A DNA stretch of 64,000 bases from an uncultured bacterium. GTDB taxonomy: Bacteria; Patescibacteriota; Minisyncoccia; SW-4-49-11. This document shows positions 29,007-39,632 of the stretch, piece after piece. The first letter of the stretch is position 1; every line of letters begins with the position of its first letter. A program made the position numbers and the translations under genes. The notes beneath the pieces are model-generated. The model saw only the letters and a list, made by a program, of their open reading frames with translations. It was not told the DNA's origin and made no database searches. The DNA is taken from the NCBI GenBank assembly GCA_937864235.1, contig CALMJI010000014.1, forward strand, positions 5,769 through 69,768, given 5' to 3'.

Positions 29007-32000
29007 ATGCAAGAATTTGTCCATCTCAATACTCGCTCTCATTATAGCATTCTAGAAGCCATTGGCTCTATTGGAGATATTATCACCAAAACTCAAGAAT
29101 TGGGCTTTGAGGCTATTGCTCTTACGGATAACAATAATATGTTCGGGGCGATTGAATTTTATGAAAAAGCTTCCAAAGCGAATATCAAGCCAATTTTGGG
29201 AGTTAATTTATCTGTAGCTGGCATAGATGGTGGTACTTCTAAGCCTTATTTTATAACTTTATTGGCTAAATCTTATCAAGGATATACTAACTTGATTGAA
29301 TTAGTGTCTTTAGTTAGACTGAATTCTAATCAGCCGATTTCAATAGAAAATTTAACTAAATATAGTAAGGATTTGATTTGTCTTTCTGGTAATTATCAGA
29401 GTGAATTAAATTATTATCTTTTACATAATTCTAAAGAAGCTCAAAATTGGGTAGATATTTATAGCCAAATTTTTACAGATAATTTATACTTGGAGCTATT
29501 ACCTCTTACTAACACTCCTGAGCAGATTAAAGCGAATAAAAACTTAATCAAATTATCTAAAAAGTCTAATTTGCCTCTGGTTTTGACAGCTCAGAGTATG
29601 TATCTAAACTCTAATCAGAGAACTGCTCATGATATTATGCTAGCTATAAAAAATAAAACTAATATTCAAAATCCTGATCGGATAACGGTAGCACATGAAG
29701 ACTATTCTCTCAAATCTACTGAAGAGATGTATAATTTAGCTCAGCAACTCAATATACCAGAGGAAGCTCTTACTAATACCAAAGTTATTGCTGAGAAATG
29801 TAATGTAGAGATTCCTCTGTACCAAATTCAACTCCCAAAGTTTGAGGTACCTCCTCTAGAATCTGGAGAAATTCTAGATAATGAGAGCTATTTAAGGTTT
29901 TTATGTGAAGAGGGAATTTCAAAAAGATATAAAGACCAAGACCAGACTCAAATTCGAGAAAGGTTAGAATATGAATTTGGAGTTATCAAAAATGCTGGAT
30001 ATATTGATTATTTTCTCATCGTATCTGACTTTATAACTTGGGCTAAAAATAATGGGGTTTTAGTCGGTCCTGGGAGAGGTTCAGCAGCTGGTAGTTTGGT
30101 AGCCTATTTATTAGCTATTACGGATATTGATCCTCTTGCCTATCAGCTTCTTTTTGAGAGATTCTTGAACCCAGCTCGAGTCTCTATGCCCGATATTGAT
30201 ATTGACTTTCAAGATAATAAAAGAGAATTGGTGTTAAATTATGTTGCCCAAAAATATGGACAAGACCATGTTGCTCAGATTTGTACTTTTGGAACAATGG
30301 CGGCCAAAGCAGCAATTCGAGACACTGGTAGGGCTCTTGGGTATTCTTATGGATTATGTGATTCTATTGCTAAATTAATTGACCAAAAAACCATAGCTAA
30401 GTCTCTTGCTAACTCTAGGGAACTCAGAAGTCGCTATGAACAAGAAGAAAAAGTTACTACTTTGATTGACACTGCCCAGCAATTAGAGGGCTCCATAAGA
30501 CACACCTCTACCCATGCTTGTGCAGTGGTGATATCTCCGCAGAAACTCACTAATTATACTCCCCTACAAGTCTCTGAATCTGGAGGTAAAACATCTATCA
30601 CCACTCAATATGAAATGCATGCCATTGAAGATTTGGGACTACTTAAAATGGACTTTTTGGGATTGTCTAACCTCTCTACTATTGAGTCAACTTTGAATTT
30701 GATTGAGTCTCAGACTGGAACCAAAATAGATATAGATAATCTAGAGACCGATGATAAATTAACTTATAAATTATTTCAAAAAGGGCAGACCACTGGAGTA
30801 TTCCAATTTGAATCTCAAGGAATGAAAAAAGCCTTAATCGGACTGAAGCCTTCTGAATTTGACGATTTGATTGCGATGGTATCACTATATAGACCAGGGC
30901 CGATGGAACTAATCCCAACTTACATTGCCCGTAAACACAAAAAAGAAAAGGTTGAATATTTACACCCCAATTTAGAAGCTATTCTAAAGCCAACTTATGG
31001 GATTATGATTTACCAGGAACAGCTGATGCAAGCCTCACAGGCAGTAGCTGGATTTTCTTTACCAGAAGCTGATACCCTGCGAAAAGCCGTCGGTAAAAAA
31101 ATCAAAGAATTAATGGAAGAGCAAAAAATCAATATTATTGAAGGTACGGTCAAACAAGGAATACCAAAAGAAATTGGAGAAAAACTCTGGGAGCTAATAG
31201 AACCTTTTGGAGATTATGGATTCAATAAATCTCATGCTGCTTGTTATGCTATGATAGCCTATCAGACGGCTTATCTCAAAGCTCATTATCCTCTACAATT
31301 TATGGTAGCCCTACTCAATAGCGATGCTAAAGATATGGCAAGAATTGCAATAGATATCACTGAGGCTAGACAACTAGGATTAGAAATAAAACCACCAAGT
31401 ATTAATATTAGTCAAGCTAATTTTACAGGTAGTAACAAGACTATATTTTATGGGCTTGGAAGTATCAAGAATATGAGTAGTAATTTAGCTGAATATATAG
31501 AGCAGGAGAGAAAAGAAAATGGACAGTTCAAGTCATTAGAAGATTTCCTAACTAGAATTCCAGCAAAAGAACTGAATAAAAAGAATCTAGAAGCCCTTGT
31601 AAAAGCCGGAGCTTTAGATGAATTTGAGCCAAGATATATTCTGATTCATAATTTAGATAATATTTTAGCCTTTATAAAAACCCTAGCCAATCAAAATACT
31701 GCCAATATACCTCAAAATTCACTTTTTGGAGCTACGGTTAGCATTAAGCCAAGTTTAGAATTGGAGAATATAGAAGCCAGTCCTACTGAAAACTTGAATC
31801 AAATCTTAGAATTAGAGAATATATATTTAGGGCTTTGGATATCTACTCACCCAATTGATGAATATAAAGATATCTTAGAAGAACTAAAATTACCTAATAT
31901 CAAAGAAATCAAAGAAGCTAAGAGAAAATCTAATCTAATACTCACCGGTGTAATCAAAGATATGAAGACAATCTCCACCAAAAGTGGGGCTAAGATGGCT

Positions 32001-32531
32001 TTTTTGAATGTGGAGGATATGGTAGATAATATTGAGGTTATAATTTTCCCTAGTATATATAGGAGTGTTGGTGATAATTTAATAGCAGGAGCTGGTTTTG
32101 CTATTAAAGGCAAGCGACAAGACAAAGATGGAGTGACTCAATTCATAGCCTCAGAGGTCAAGGAACTCAAAGACGAAGATATTATAAAATGGACAAATAC
32201 CAAAACTTCACCTAGTCTCAATAATTCAGTAGAGGAAATCGGATTAGATATACCCGAGAATCCAGACACAGACTATAGCCCACAAGTTCCAACCACACAA
32301 GATGGAGTAGAAATAGTCGGAATCAATATAATAATCCCCCCTCACACTACTCCTGAAGCTTTAATTAAAGTCAAAGAAATACTAACCCGTGAAGCCCGTG
32401 GTAAATGCCCCGTCTACCTAATCGCCAATTATAATACTCCCAAAATGCAAGTCAAAGCGACCAACTTCTCTGTCCACTATTCCGATGAATTAGTGGCTAG
32501 AATCAAATATATTCTCAGTAATCCAGAATAA
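29007..32531 (+). CDS. dnaE: DNA polymerase III subunit alpha
   Basis: 1174 aa; PHP domain, polymerase core 'GLLKMDFLGL' and 'PDIDIDF', OB-fold C-terminus. Preceded by an extended -10 'tgctataat'. Confidence 0.9.
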   Translation: MQEFVHLNTRSHYSILEAIGSIGDIITKTQELGFEAIALTDNNNMFGAIEFYEKASKANIKPILGVNLSVAGIDGGTSKPYFITLLAKSYQGYTNLIELVSLVRLNSNQPISIENLTKYSKDLICLSGNYQSELNYYLLHNSKEAQNWVDIYSQIFTDNLYLELLPLTNTPEQIKANKNLIKLSKKSNLPLVLTAQSMYLNSNQRTAHDIMLAIKNKTNIQNPDRITVAHEDYSLKSTEEMYNLAQQLNIPEEALTNTKVIAEKCNVEIPLYQIQLPKFEVPPLESGEILDNESYLRFLCEEGISKRYKDQDQTQIRERLEYEFGVIKNAGYIDYFLIVSDFITWAKNNGVLVGPGRGSAAGSLVAYLLAITDIDPLAYQLLFERFLNPARVSMPDIDIDFQDNKRELVLNYVAQKYGQDHVAQICTFGTMAAKAAIRDTGRALGYSYGLCDSIAKLIDQKTIAKSLANSRELRSRYEQEEKVTTLIDTAQQLEGSIRHTSTHACAVVISPQKLTNYTPLQVSESGGKTSITTQYEMHAIEDLGLLKMDFLGLSNLSTIESTLNLIESQTGTKIDIDNLETDDKLTYKLFQKGQTTGVFQFESQGMKKALIGLKPSEFDDLIAMVSLYRPGPMELIPTYIARKHKKEKVEYLHPNLEAILKPTYGIMIYQEQLMQASQAVAGFSLPEADTLRKAVGKKIKELMEEQKINIIEGTVKQGIPKEIGEKLWELIEPFGDYGFNKSHAACYAMIAYQTAYLKAHYPLQFMVALLNSDAKDMARIAIDITEARQLGLEIKPPSINISQANFTGSNKTIFYGLGSIKNMSSNLAEYIEQERKENGQFKSLEDFLTRIPAKELNKKNLEALVKAGALDEFEPRYILIHNLDNILAFIKTLANQNTANIPQNSLFGATVSIKPSLELENIEASPTENLNQILELENIYLGLWISTHPIDEYKDILEELKLPNIKEIKEAKRKSNLILTGVIKDMKTISTKSGAKMAFLNVEDMVDNIEVIIFPSIYRSVGDNLIAGAGFAIKGKRQDKDGVTQFIASEVKELKDEDIIKWTNTKTSPSLNNSVEEIGLDIPENPDTDYSPQVPTTQDGVEIVGINIIIPPHTTPEALIKVKEILTREARGKCPVYLIANYNTPKMQVKATNFSVHYSDELVARIKYILSNPE

Positions 32532-33308
32532 TTACTCCTCCAGTTGAGCTTTGCCAGCTTGGAGGTCTCTATAATATTGTGAGACTGTCATCAAATCATC
32601 TTTAGTATAAAATTTTAGTTCTGGGTAAGTTGAGATAAGGGAAGTATCTAGTATCCCTACAGCTTGATCTAGAGTTTTTAGTCTATGAGCTACTACAAAA
32701 GTGACTGATTTTTGGGATAATTCATCTATCATTTGAGTAATTGCCAGCTCACTAATTTCATCTAGTGAGGAAGTCGGCTCATCAATCAGGATTAAACTTG
32801 GTTTATAATGTTTAGCCCTGAGGTAAAGTCCTGCAAAGTTCAATCTTTGTCTCTGCCCTCCAGATAAATTCACCCCTCCTTCTCCGATTAGTGTATTAAG
32901 ACCATCTTTTGGCTCAAACAGACTCCAGAGCCCAACTTTTTTTAAGATATCAATCAGGTTTTTATCACTACATAATTTCTCATCACTAATAATCCCGAAT
33001 ACCAAATTCTCTCGCAAAGTCCCACGAAGGGCGGTAGCTGTCTGCATTTGAACTGAAATTATATCTCTTCTAGTTTTATCTCCAACTTTATAAATATTCA
33101 CTTTATCAATCAAAACCGTACCTGTTTTAGGATTTAATTGCCCCCCCAAGATAGATAAAAGAGTTGTCTTACCTGTACCAGATGGACCAATAATACCATA
33201 GAGTTTATTAGCCTGATTTTTGGGAATTTCTAAGTTTAGGAAGTTATTATTGAATACTTCTATACTGTCATAAGAGTGATTGAGGTTTTGGATTTGAATA
33301 GAATACAT
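32532..33308 (-). CDS. ABC transporter ATP-binding protein
   Basis: Walker A 'GPSGTGKTT', signature 'LSGGQRQR', Walker B 'ILIDEPTS'. Confidence 0.7.
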   Translation of the reverse strand: MYSIQIQNLNHSYDSIEVFNNNFLNLEIPKNQANKLYGIIGPSGTGKTTLLSILGGQLNPKTGTVLIDKVNIYKVGDKTRRDIISVQMQTATALRGTLRENLVFGIISDEKLCSDKNLIDILKKVGLWSLFEPKDGLNTLIGEGGVNLSGGQRQRLNFAGLYLRAKHYKPSLILIDEPTSSLDEISELAITQMIDELSQKSVTFVVAHRLKTLDQAVGILDTSLISTYPELKFYTKDDLMTVSQYYRDLQAGKAQLEE

Positions 33309-33317
33309 ATTTTTAAG

Positions 33318-34337
33318 CTAAACTGGATAACTAGAGTCTCCGTACTCTCGAATATAGGTGTATAGGTTTTTGATTTTTTCTATATTAGAAACTAATCTTT
33401 CAACATCTCGACCCGCTAATACAATACTATAAGTTGAGATATACATAGTAATTAGAGCAATAGCTGTAATTAAATCTAAGTCTCCTATTTTAACCAGATT
33501 TACGATAAGTAAAGCTATGCTCATAAAGAAAATCCCATATAAAATTCTTGGGATAAAAGCTGTTGAAATAAAACTCATCCAAACCGTAGCTTGTACTTCT
33601 CCAGTTCTAATATTAGTCTTTCGGATTTTCTTGATATGTTCTGGAGTAGCGAAGCTAGACCTGATTAAAGCTACTTGTTGCAAACTTTCTACCTCTACTT
33701 GCTGTTGTATATCACCTTGATCATTGTCTTTATTAATCACATTTTTAGCTATAAAAATCTGGCTTATTGTAGATATAGTTAACATTATTATTAAGCTAAC
33801 AGCAGCTATCATACCTATTGTAAAGTCATAGTATACAAATGAGACTAGAATTACAATAATTTGAATTATAAATTGCAATATATTAAATGTTATTATATCT
33901 GTAGTGTTTTCATAAGCCCCTACAGCTCTATTAATTTTGGAAATAACCTTACCCGACTCTCTAGTGCTATGGTGAACTGGGTCAACTTTGACAAAAAATT
34001 TATAGGCTGAATTGGAGACACTACCCATAATACCAACCTCTGCCAAAACATAGTTTCTCATATGAGTTTGCACTATTATAGATAACATCATAAAAACAAT
34101 TCCCAAAGATACGACTAAAGTTATATTTTGGGTTTTAATCGCATAGTTTATAATCAAAGGTAGGGTAGTAAAAAACACCCAAACTATAATCTCTGCTATC
34201 AAAGACACTACCAATCTCAACCAATATCTCTTATAAATACTATACCAAGGCAAATTAAAATCTACTGGATGGATTTCGATATTCCCCACCATTCCAAATA
34301 ATTTCTCTAGAAAGTTATAGACTTTCAAATCTTGCAT
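33318..34337 (-). CDS. ABC transporter transmembrane domain protein (partner of the downstream NBD)
   Basis: 339 aa, six hydrophobic helices, exporter-type TMD; gene immediately upstream of the NBD gene. Confidence 0.5.
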   Translation of the reverse strand: MQDLKVYNFLEKLFGMVGNIEIHPVDFNLPWYSIYKRYWLRLVVSLIAEIIVWVFFTTLPLIINYAIKTQNITLVVSLGIVFMMLSIIVQTHMRNYVLAEVGIMGSVSNSAYKFFVKVDPVHHSTRESGKVISKINRAVGAYENTTDIITFNILQFIIQIIVILVSFVYYDFTIGMIAAVSLIIMLTISTISQIFIAKNVINKDNDQGDIQQQVEVESLQQVALIRSSFATPEHIKKIRKTNIRTGEVQATVWMSFISTAFIPRILYGIFFMSIALLIVNLVKIGDLDLITAIALITMYISTYSIVLAGRDVERLVSNIEKIKNLYTYIREYGDSSYPV

Positions 34338-34497
34338 AGCTTAAAATATATTATATATAAGCTCATTATAGACTATATTTAGATTTTTGTAAAATTTTAT
34401 TTGCAAAAAATTTAATTTTAATTTATAATACGATATAGTCTTAAATTAGACCTTATTTGTTATAGTTAACTATAAACCCTGTTTTATTTTTTATTTT

Positions 34498-35520
34498 ATG
34501 TCAAGAAATGCTTATCTAAGTTCAGTCATTAATCTAACGTCTAAAATTTTATCCAATAAGGACAAGGTTGCCTCTCATACCTCTTGTGATTCTTATCGTA
34601 GTGTAGAGTGGGCAAAATATGCTCAAACTTATCATAATCTGTTATATAGCAACCCTGTATCTGAAGTTTTAGGGGTAAAAGAGTTTTTGCATCTTGATGG
34701 TACAAAATATAGGTCAGAGTATAAATATAACTTAAATCTAGATAAAATTCTCAAAGACAGCCTTGTAAAAAGACCAAAAATGATTTGGCTACCTTGTATT
34801 GATGAGAGAATACAATATTTGACCGCTTCTCATCATGCTTTATCCCTTGGAATTCCTGGTTGTGAATGCTTGATGTCAGCAGAGGAAAAATTACAAATGG
34901 CAGATAATATAATCGCTGTGTGTGAAGATAATCCAACTATTGAGGAAATTGTAGTCTCATCTCACTCTAAATGCGGAGCTGTAGCTCATACTCTAGCTAA
35001 TAAAAGTTCTAAGCCAGTTTTGAATAAAATTTTAGATAAATTTCAAAATCAAGATAAAGTCCTAGATTCAGCCAGTGAGCGATATGCTTCTGGCTTTGCT
35101 AGTATTCTAGCCACTAGATTACAAGAGCAAAATTCTGCAGTCTCTGTGAGAACCCATCACTTCCATTTTCAAGAATTACATTCCAAGCATTTACATCATG
35201 CCTTTGGAGTAATTGTAAACTTTAACCCCCTACTCAATGGAGCTGAATTAGAAGAAAATTTGGAAGTTCCAATGTTTAATATTTATGCCGGTGGGCAAAC
35301 TGCCAACCAAATTATGCAAAATATTGAATTAGCAATAGATATAGCTTCTAGCTCTGAAGGATTTAGCTGTGAATATATTAATCAAGACAATCCATTTATA
35401 TTATTATTCACTATACCAAAAGAGAATAGCTCTATTATGTCCAAAATCCAAGCTGTAATAGACCAAATTCAAGATAAACATTATCCTTTGGAATTAGTTT
35501 ACACTGTTTTAGAGGGGTAA
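34498..35520 (+). CDS. Hypothetical protein with beta-carbonic-anhydrase-like Cys/Asp/Arg...His/Cys motif pair
   Basis: 'LPCIDERIQY' and, about 57 aa later, 'SSHSKCGAVAH' match the spacing of the beta-CA zinc ligands (CxDxR ... HxxCG). The rest is unrecognised; 340 aa. Confidence 0.3.
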   Translation: MSRNAYLSSVINLTSKILSNKDKVASHTSCDSYRSVEWAKYAQTYHNLLYSNPVSEVLGVKEFLHLDGTKYRSEYKYNLNLDKILKDSLVKRPKMIWLPCIDERIQYLTASHHALSLGIPGCECLMSAEEKLQMADNIIAVCEDNPTIEEIVVSSHSKCGAVAHTLANKSSKPVLNKILDKFQNQDKVLDSASERYASGFASILATRLQEQNSAVSVRTHHFHFQELHSKHLHHAFGVIVNFNPLLNGAELEENLEVPMFNIYAGGQTANQIMQNIELAIDIASSSEGFSCEYINQDNPFILLFTIPKENSSIMSKIQAVIDQIQDKHYPLELVYTVLEG

Positions 35521-35810
35521 GTTTCCGTAGGTGCGACCTTCTTAGTCGCCCGTAAATCCACCCCGTCTCTATACTATAAAAATATAGTATAGATCACCCC
35601 TCAAGAGGGGAATTTAGCTCAGTCCACACCCGGCACTCCGTGCCACCCTCGCCGGCGAGGGACAAAATTACTGTCCTCCCTTGCCTGCCTGCGGTAGGCA
35701 GGGGGGAGCTTTCAGTCCCTCCTATATTTATATAGGAGGGGGTGGCCATCAGGCAGGAGGAGGACAAGTGGACGACTGAAAGGTCGCCCCTACGAAAGAA
35801 ATTATCCCGT
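35521..35810. repeat. GC-rich modular hairpin repeat, composite copy R5
   Basis: Modules gtgcgaccttcttagtcgccc, ccaccccgtc, cccctcaagagggg, ggcactccgtgcc, ccctcgccggcgaggg, gtcctccc..cctgcctgcggtaggcagg and ggacgactgaaaggtcgcccctacgaa. Confidence 0.6.
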
Positions 35811-35876
35811 CATACAACTTTTTATAATTTCTCCATTTATATGCTATAATAGGATTAGTTATAAATTGATAAAAAT

Positions 35877-37064
35877 ATGCAAAAGTCTAAACTAAAACCC
35901 AAAAAGCTAATTATTTTCTCAGTTTTTGGGGTGATTATAGTTGTTATTGTAGTTTTCCTTATTAATTACACTGCTATTCTACAGTCTCCTCAAATTGAAA
36001 CTGGGGCTAAGTTGGAAGTAGATAGTAATAGTATTTCTAAAAGTGTCGATTATAAATATACTGCTGTAGCTTCTAATCTTTATGTTCCTTGGAGTATTGT
36101 ATTCCCGACTGAGAATAGTATGTATATTGCTCAGAGATCGGGGGAGATATTATATTATAAAAACTCTCAACCTCAAGCTAATTTTTATAAATTTTCTGAG
36201 ATTAGTGCAACCAATGAAGAGGGGCTGATGGGTATGGTACTGGATCCTGATTATCCCAATTCACCGTATATCTATACTTCTCTAGCCTATGAGGAGAATA
36301 ATCAGATGTTTGTAAAGGTAGTGAGATTGACTGATGTTAATAATCAGACTACAGAGACTAAAATATTATTAGATAAAATTCCAGCAGCTAAATTTCACGC
36401 GGGATCTAGACTTAGATTTGGACCAGACCAAAAATTATATATAACTACCGGAGATGCTACCAAAAAAGAAATTGCTCAAGACCTAAATTCACTAGGTGGC
36501 AAAATTCTAAGAATGAATAAAGATGGTAGTATTCCAGAAGATAATCCTTTTGATAATTCTTATGTATATTCTTATGGGCATCGAAATCCTCAAGGGATAG
36601 ATTTTGACCCAGTTTCTGGAGTTTTATTCTCTACTGAGCATGGCCCCTCATTATTCGATGGAGCAGCTGGAGGAGATGAGGTTAATCGTATTCTCGCTGG
36701 TAAAGAATACGGTTGGCCAAAAGTATCTCATACAGAATCTACACCTGAGGCTATTGATCCCCTTCTAGTATTCACCCCTGCGGTAGCCCCAGCCTCTGGA
36801 GTATTCTATACTGGAGATAAATATCCAAGTCTCAAAAATGCTTTTTTATTCGGAGGACTGAGAGGAGAGGGAATATTTGCAATTTATTTAGATGAATCCA
36901 GACAAAAAGTAAAGTCTTATGAGAAATTAAATATAGCTGAAGGTAGAATCCGAGAAATAGCCGTCTCACCTGATGGATATATTTATTTTAGCACTTCTAA
37001 TCGAGATGGTAGGGGAAATACTAATGATAAAAGTGATCAGATTTTTAGGTTAGAGCCTAAATAA
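35877..37064 (+). CDS. PQQ-dependent sugar dehydrogenase (glucose/sorbosone dehydrogenase family beta-propeller)
   Basis: 'HGPSLFDGAAGGDEVNRILAGKEYGWP' and 'GLMGMVLDPDY' motifs; N-terminal TM anchor. Confidence 0.65.
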   Translation: MQKSKLKPKKLIIFSVFGVIIVVIVVFLINYTAILQSPQIETGAKLEVDSNSISKSVDYKYTAVASNLYVPWSIVFPTENSMYIAQRSGEILYYKNSQPQANFYKFSEISATNEEGLMGMVLDPDYPNSPYIYTSLAYEENNQMFVKVVRLTDVNNQTTETKILLDKIPAAKFHAGSRLRFGPDQKLYITTGDATKKEIAQDLNSLGGKILRMNKDGSIPEDNPFDNSYVYSYGHRNPQGIDFDPVSGVLFSTEHGPSLFDGAAGGDEVNRILAGKEYGWPKVSHTESTPEAIDPLLVFTPAVAPASGVFYTGDKYPSLKNAFLFGGLRGEGIFAIYLDESRQKVKSYEKLNIAEGRIREIAVSPDGYIYFSTSNRDGRGNTNDKSDQIFRLEPK

Positions 37065-37112
37065 AAACACGAGCCAGAATTTGACTCGTGGTGATAGGTG
37101 AAAGATGTAATT

Positions 37113-37367
37113 TTAATCATCTTTATATTCTCTACTATTTAAAAACTCTATATTTTTAATATTTTTTCCTACAATGCTATAAGGTAGTCCTTCTATAGAA
37201 TTAATATCTATACACTCATATAGTTCTGCAGGGTTAATTTCATCTGTGTAGCAGTCAAACCTTACATTAATATTTTGACCTTTATGAAAAATAATTCCTT
37301 GAAATATTTTAACAACTTTTTGAGAATTCTTTTGAATAGAAACTGTCATGATGCTAGTAAAAAACAC
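37113..37367 (-). CDS. Hypothetical protein
   Basis: 84-aa ORF, no motif recognised. Confidence 0.2.
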   Translation of the reverse strand: MFFTSIMTVSIQKNSQKVVKIFQGIIFHKGQNINVRFDCYTDEINPAELYECIDINSIEGLPYSIVGKNIKNIEFLNSREYKDD

Positions 37368-37448
37368 CTAAACTAAAATACACTAATTCACAAAATTTGT
37401 AAAGTATTGCATACTTTGTTAAAATATAAATAATTAAAATTATATACT

Positions 37449-37724
37449 ATGAATAAATTAAATTCTAATGAAATACTAGCCCAAATCAGCTCTAATTGGA
37501 AGTTATCCGAGAATAATGATCTTATATCTCGAAGTTTTGAACTTAATAACTTCGCTGAAGCTCTGGAGCTCGTCAATAAAATTGGAGAATTAGCAGACTC
37601 CGAGCAGCATCATCCAGACATTAACTTAGGTTGGGGTTATGTGGAAGTTTATCTTAGCACCCATGATATAGGAGGAATATCAGATAAAGACATTACTCTA
37701 GCTCAAGCTATAGATAAGATTTAA
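37449..37724 (+). CDS. Pterin-4-alpha-carbinolamine dehydratase (PCD/DCoH)
   Basis: 'W.L..N.LISRSFEL.NF.EAL.LVNKIGELAD...HHPD' core. Confidence 0.7.
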   Translation: MNKLNSNEILAQISSNWKLSENNDLISRSFELNNFAEALELVNKIGELADSEQHHPDINLGWGYVEVYLSTHDIGGISDKDITLAQAIDKI

Positions 37725-37739
37725 TATTAATATTTTTAT

Positions 37740-38033
37740 CTAAATTACATCAACTAAAAACGTAATAAATAATACTATACTTAATAATAAAAATATTATA
37801 GAAGATATAATCATAATATAATAAGAATAGCCTAAATTAGAAAGTATACTATTTAAAATTATTAAATATATTATAGATAGTATATATATTGATAAATATT
37901 TGAATAATAATTTGAAAACATTTTTTTTAGGTTTAATAAAGTCATTTAATATCTTATCTTTATAAAAATCCTTAACTTCTTGTAAGTTATTGTTGTTTAA
38001 ATTCTGATCTTGATTTAGATTTATTTTATTCAT
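37740..38033 (-). CDS. Hypothetical small membrane protein
   Basis: 97 aa, N/K-rich N-terminus and two hydrophobic helices; very AT-rich, so weak. Confidence 0.2.
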   Translation of the reverse strand: MNKINLNQDQNLNNNNLQEVKDFYKDKILNDFIKPKKNVFKLLFKYLSIYILSIIYLIILNSILSNLGYSYYIMIISSIIFLLLSIVLFITFLVDVI

Positions 38034-38337
38034 ATAGTATATAATATAGTTATATAAAAATATTATATACTATATTTATAATAGTGTAAAATTGTGAGAA
38101 TATTTTATTTATTTTTGCTATTAATTTTTGTCAAAAGTAAACAAAAGTTTTATATATACTTATTTTACTAAGTGTGAATTATTTCAGAGCATATATTTAT
38201 GCTATATTTTACTTAAGATTAAAATTTTATCAGTATTAGATTAAAGCAATACTGTCAAGTTATACACATTTAGACTTATTTAGTACTTTTATAATACCTA
38301 TAAAAACTTATGTTTAAGCCATATTTTGGTATTTTTC

Positions 38338-38366
38338 TTGACAAGTTTTAGCATATAGTATATAAT
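38338..38366 (+). promoter_or_regulatory. Consensus sigma-70 promoter upstream of the LysM/M23 peptidase gene
   Basis: Perfect TTGACA, a 17-nt spacer, then TATAAT. Confidence 0.45.
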
Positions 38367-38449
38367 ATTTTTGAATCTAAAATCATTAGACAAGGTTGAT
38401 TTTGAGTCAAGACTTATGTCTGTTTGTTCCGTTTTGAAGTTCGAATTCC

Positions 38450-39580
38450 TTGTATTTAGTTAAGAATCCTATTAGTACCGTTGTTTTTAAATTATCCAAA
38501 AACCAGGTGACACGATTCATAAAAAGTGCTACTAAGCACACACAAGATAAAATTAGTTGGTTTATTCTTACCATTGTGGTAGGTCTAGTTGTGTTCAGTA
38601 ATATAGCTTATGCTGGAAGACTTCCAATTAGTTCAACTCTTCTAAATAATAGTAATTTAGGAGGTCCATTAGATGCTTCTCTAGCTTCTGCTGGGGTATT
38701 GCAAGCTAATGGAATATTAGGTCTTCCAAGTGATGAAGAATTAAATTCTAATATCAATACCACAGACTCCAATATTATAAATGGTATTAATGCCCTTGAA
38801 GGGTATATTGAATATTCCTCAAACCCAATAATTAGAGAATATATTGTACAAGAAGGAGATACTCTAGAAAGTATTGCTCAGAAGTTTAGTATTTCGGTAG
38901 AGACTATAGCTATTGCTAATAATATCAAAGATTTGAAGCAAAATCCTGCAGCTAACTCTACACTTTCTATTTTACCTAAAAATGGAGTTCAAACTAATAT
39001 TACTGAGGATCAATCTCTTGCTCAAATTGCTTCTAAATATAGTGTTTCTGAGCAAGCTATTAGAGATTATAATAATCTTCAAGCTGATATAGCTGTGGGA
39101 ACCAATATTATTGTACCTGATGCTGTAGTTCCAAATGAAGATAAACCTTTCCCTACAGAACCAGTAGCAAAACCTAAACCTAGACTATTACCTAGAAGAA
39201 ATAATGTTGCTAGAGCTAGTAATTTACCAGCTAATGACGGGTACTTTGCCTTCCCTACTACTGGTAACAATTATGGAAGAATTCACTCTAATAATGGTGT
39301 AGATATTAGTAACTCTTGTGGTACTCCTATTTATGCCTCTGCTGATGGTGTGGTCACAACTTCTCAAAATGGATGGAATGGCGGATATGGAAACTATATT
39401 AAAATAACTCATCCAAATGGAGTTGTTACTTTATATGCTCATCTTAGTTCTCGTGATGTTCAGGTAGGTGCTAATGTTAAAAAGGGTCAATATCTTGGAG
39501 CTATGGGAACTACAGGAAATTCTAGTGGATGTCATTTACATTTTGAAGTAAGAGGAGCTAGAAATCCTCTGGCTAGATAA
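38450..39580 (+). CDS. LysM-domain M23 family metallopeptidase (peptidoglycan hydrolase)
   Basis: Two LysM repeats ('YIVQEGDTLESIAQKF', 'TNITEDQSLAQIASKY') and C-terminal M23 'GTTGNSSGCHLHFEV'. The annotated start is TTG; GTG at about 38506 is an alternative. Confidence 0.75.
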   Translation: MYLVKNPISTVVFKLSKNQVTRFIKSATKHTQDKISWFILTIVVGLVVFSNIAYAGRLPISSTLLNNSNLGGPLDASLASAGVLQANGILGLPSDEELNSNINTTDSNIINGINALEGYIEYSSNPIIREYIVQEGDTLESIAQKFSISVETIAIANNIKDLKQNPAANSTLSILPKNGVQTNITEDQSLAQIASKYSVSEQAIRDYNNLQADIAVGTNIIVPDAVVPNEDKPFPTEPVAKPKPRLLPRRNNVARASNLPANDGYFAFPTTGNNYGRIHSNNGVDISNSCGTPIYASADGVVTTSQNGWNGGYGNYIKITHPNGVVTLYAHLSSRDVQVGANVKKGQYLGAMGTTGNSSGCHLHFEVRGARNPLAR

Positions 39581-39603
39581 TATAAATTTCGTACGTTTAT
39601 AGA

Positions 39604-39632
39604 AAGAGGTGTCAAAACCTCTTTTTTATTTT
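39604..39632. terminator. Bidirectional intrinsic terminator between peptidase and yifB
   Basis: aagaggt/acctctt 7-bp stem, 6-nt loop, T-tract. Confidence 0.5.
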
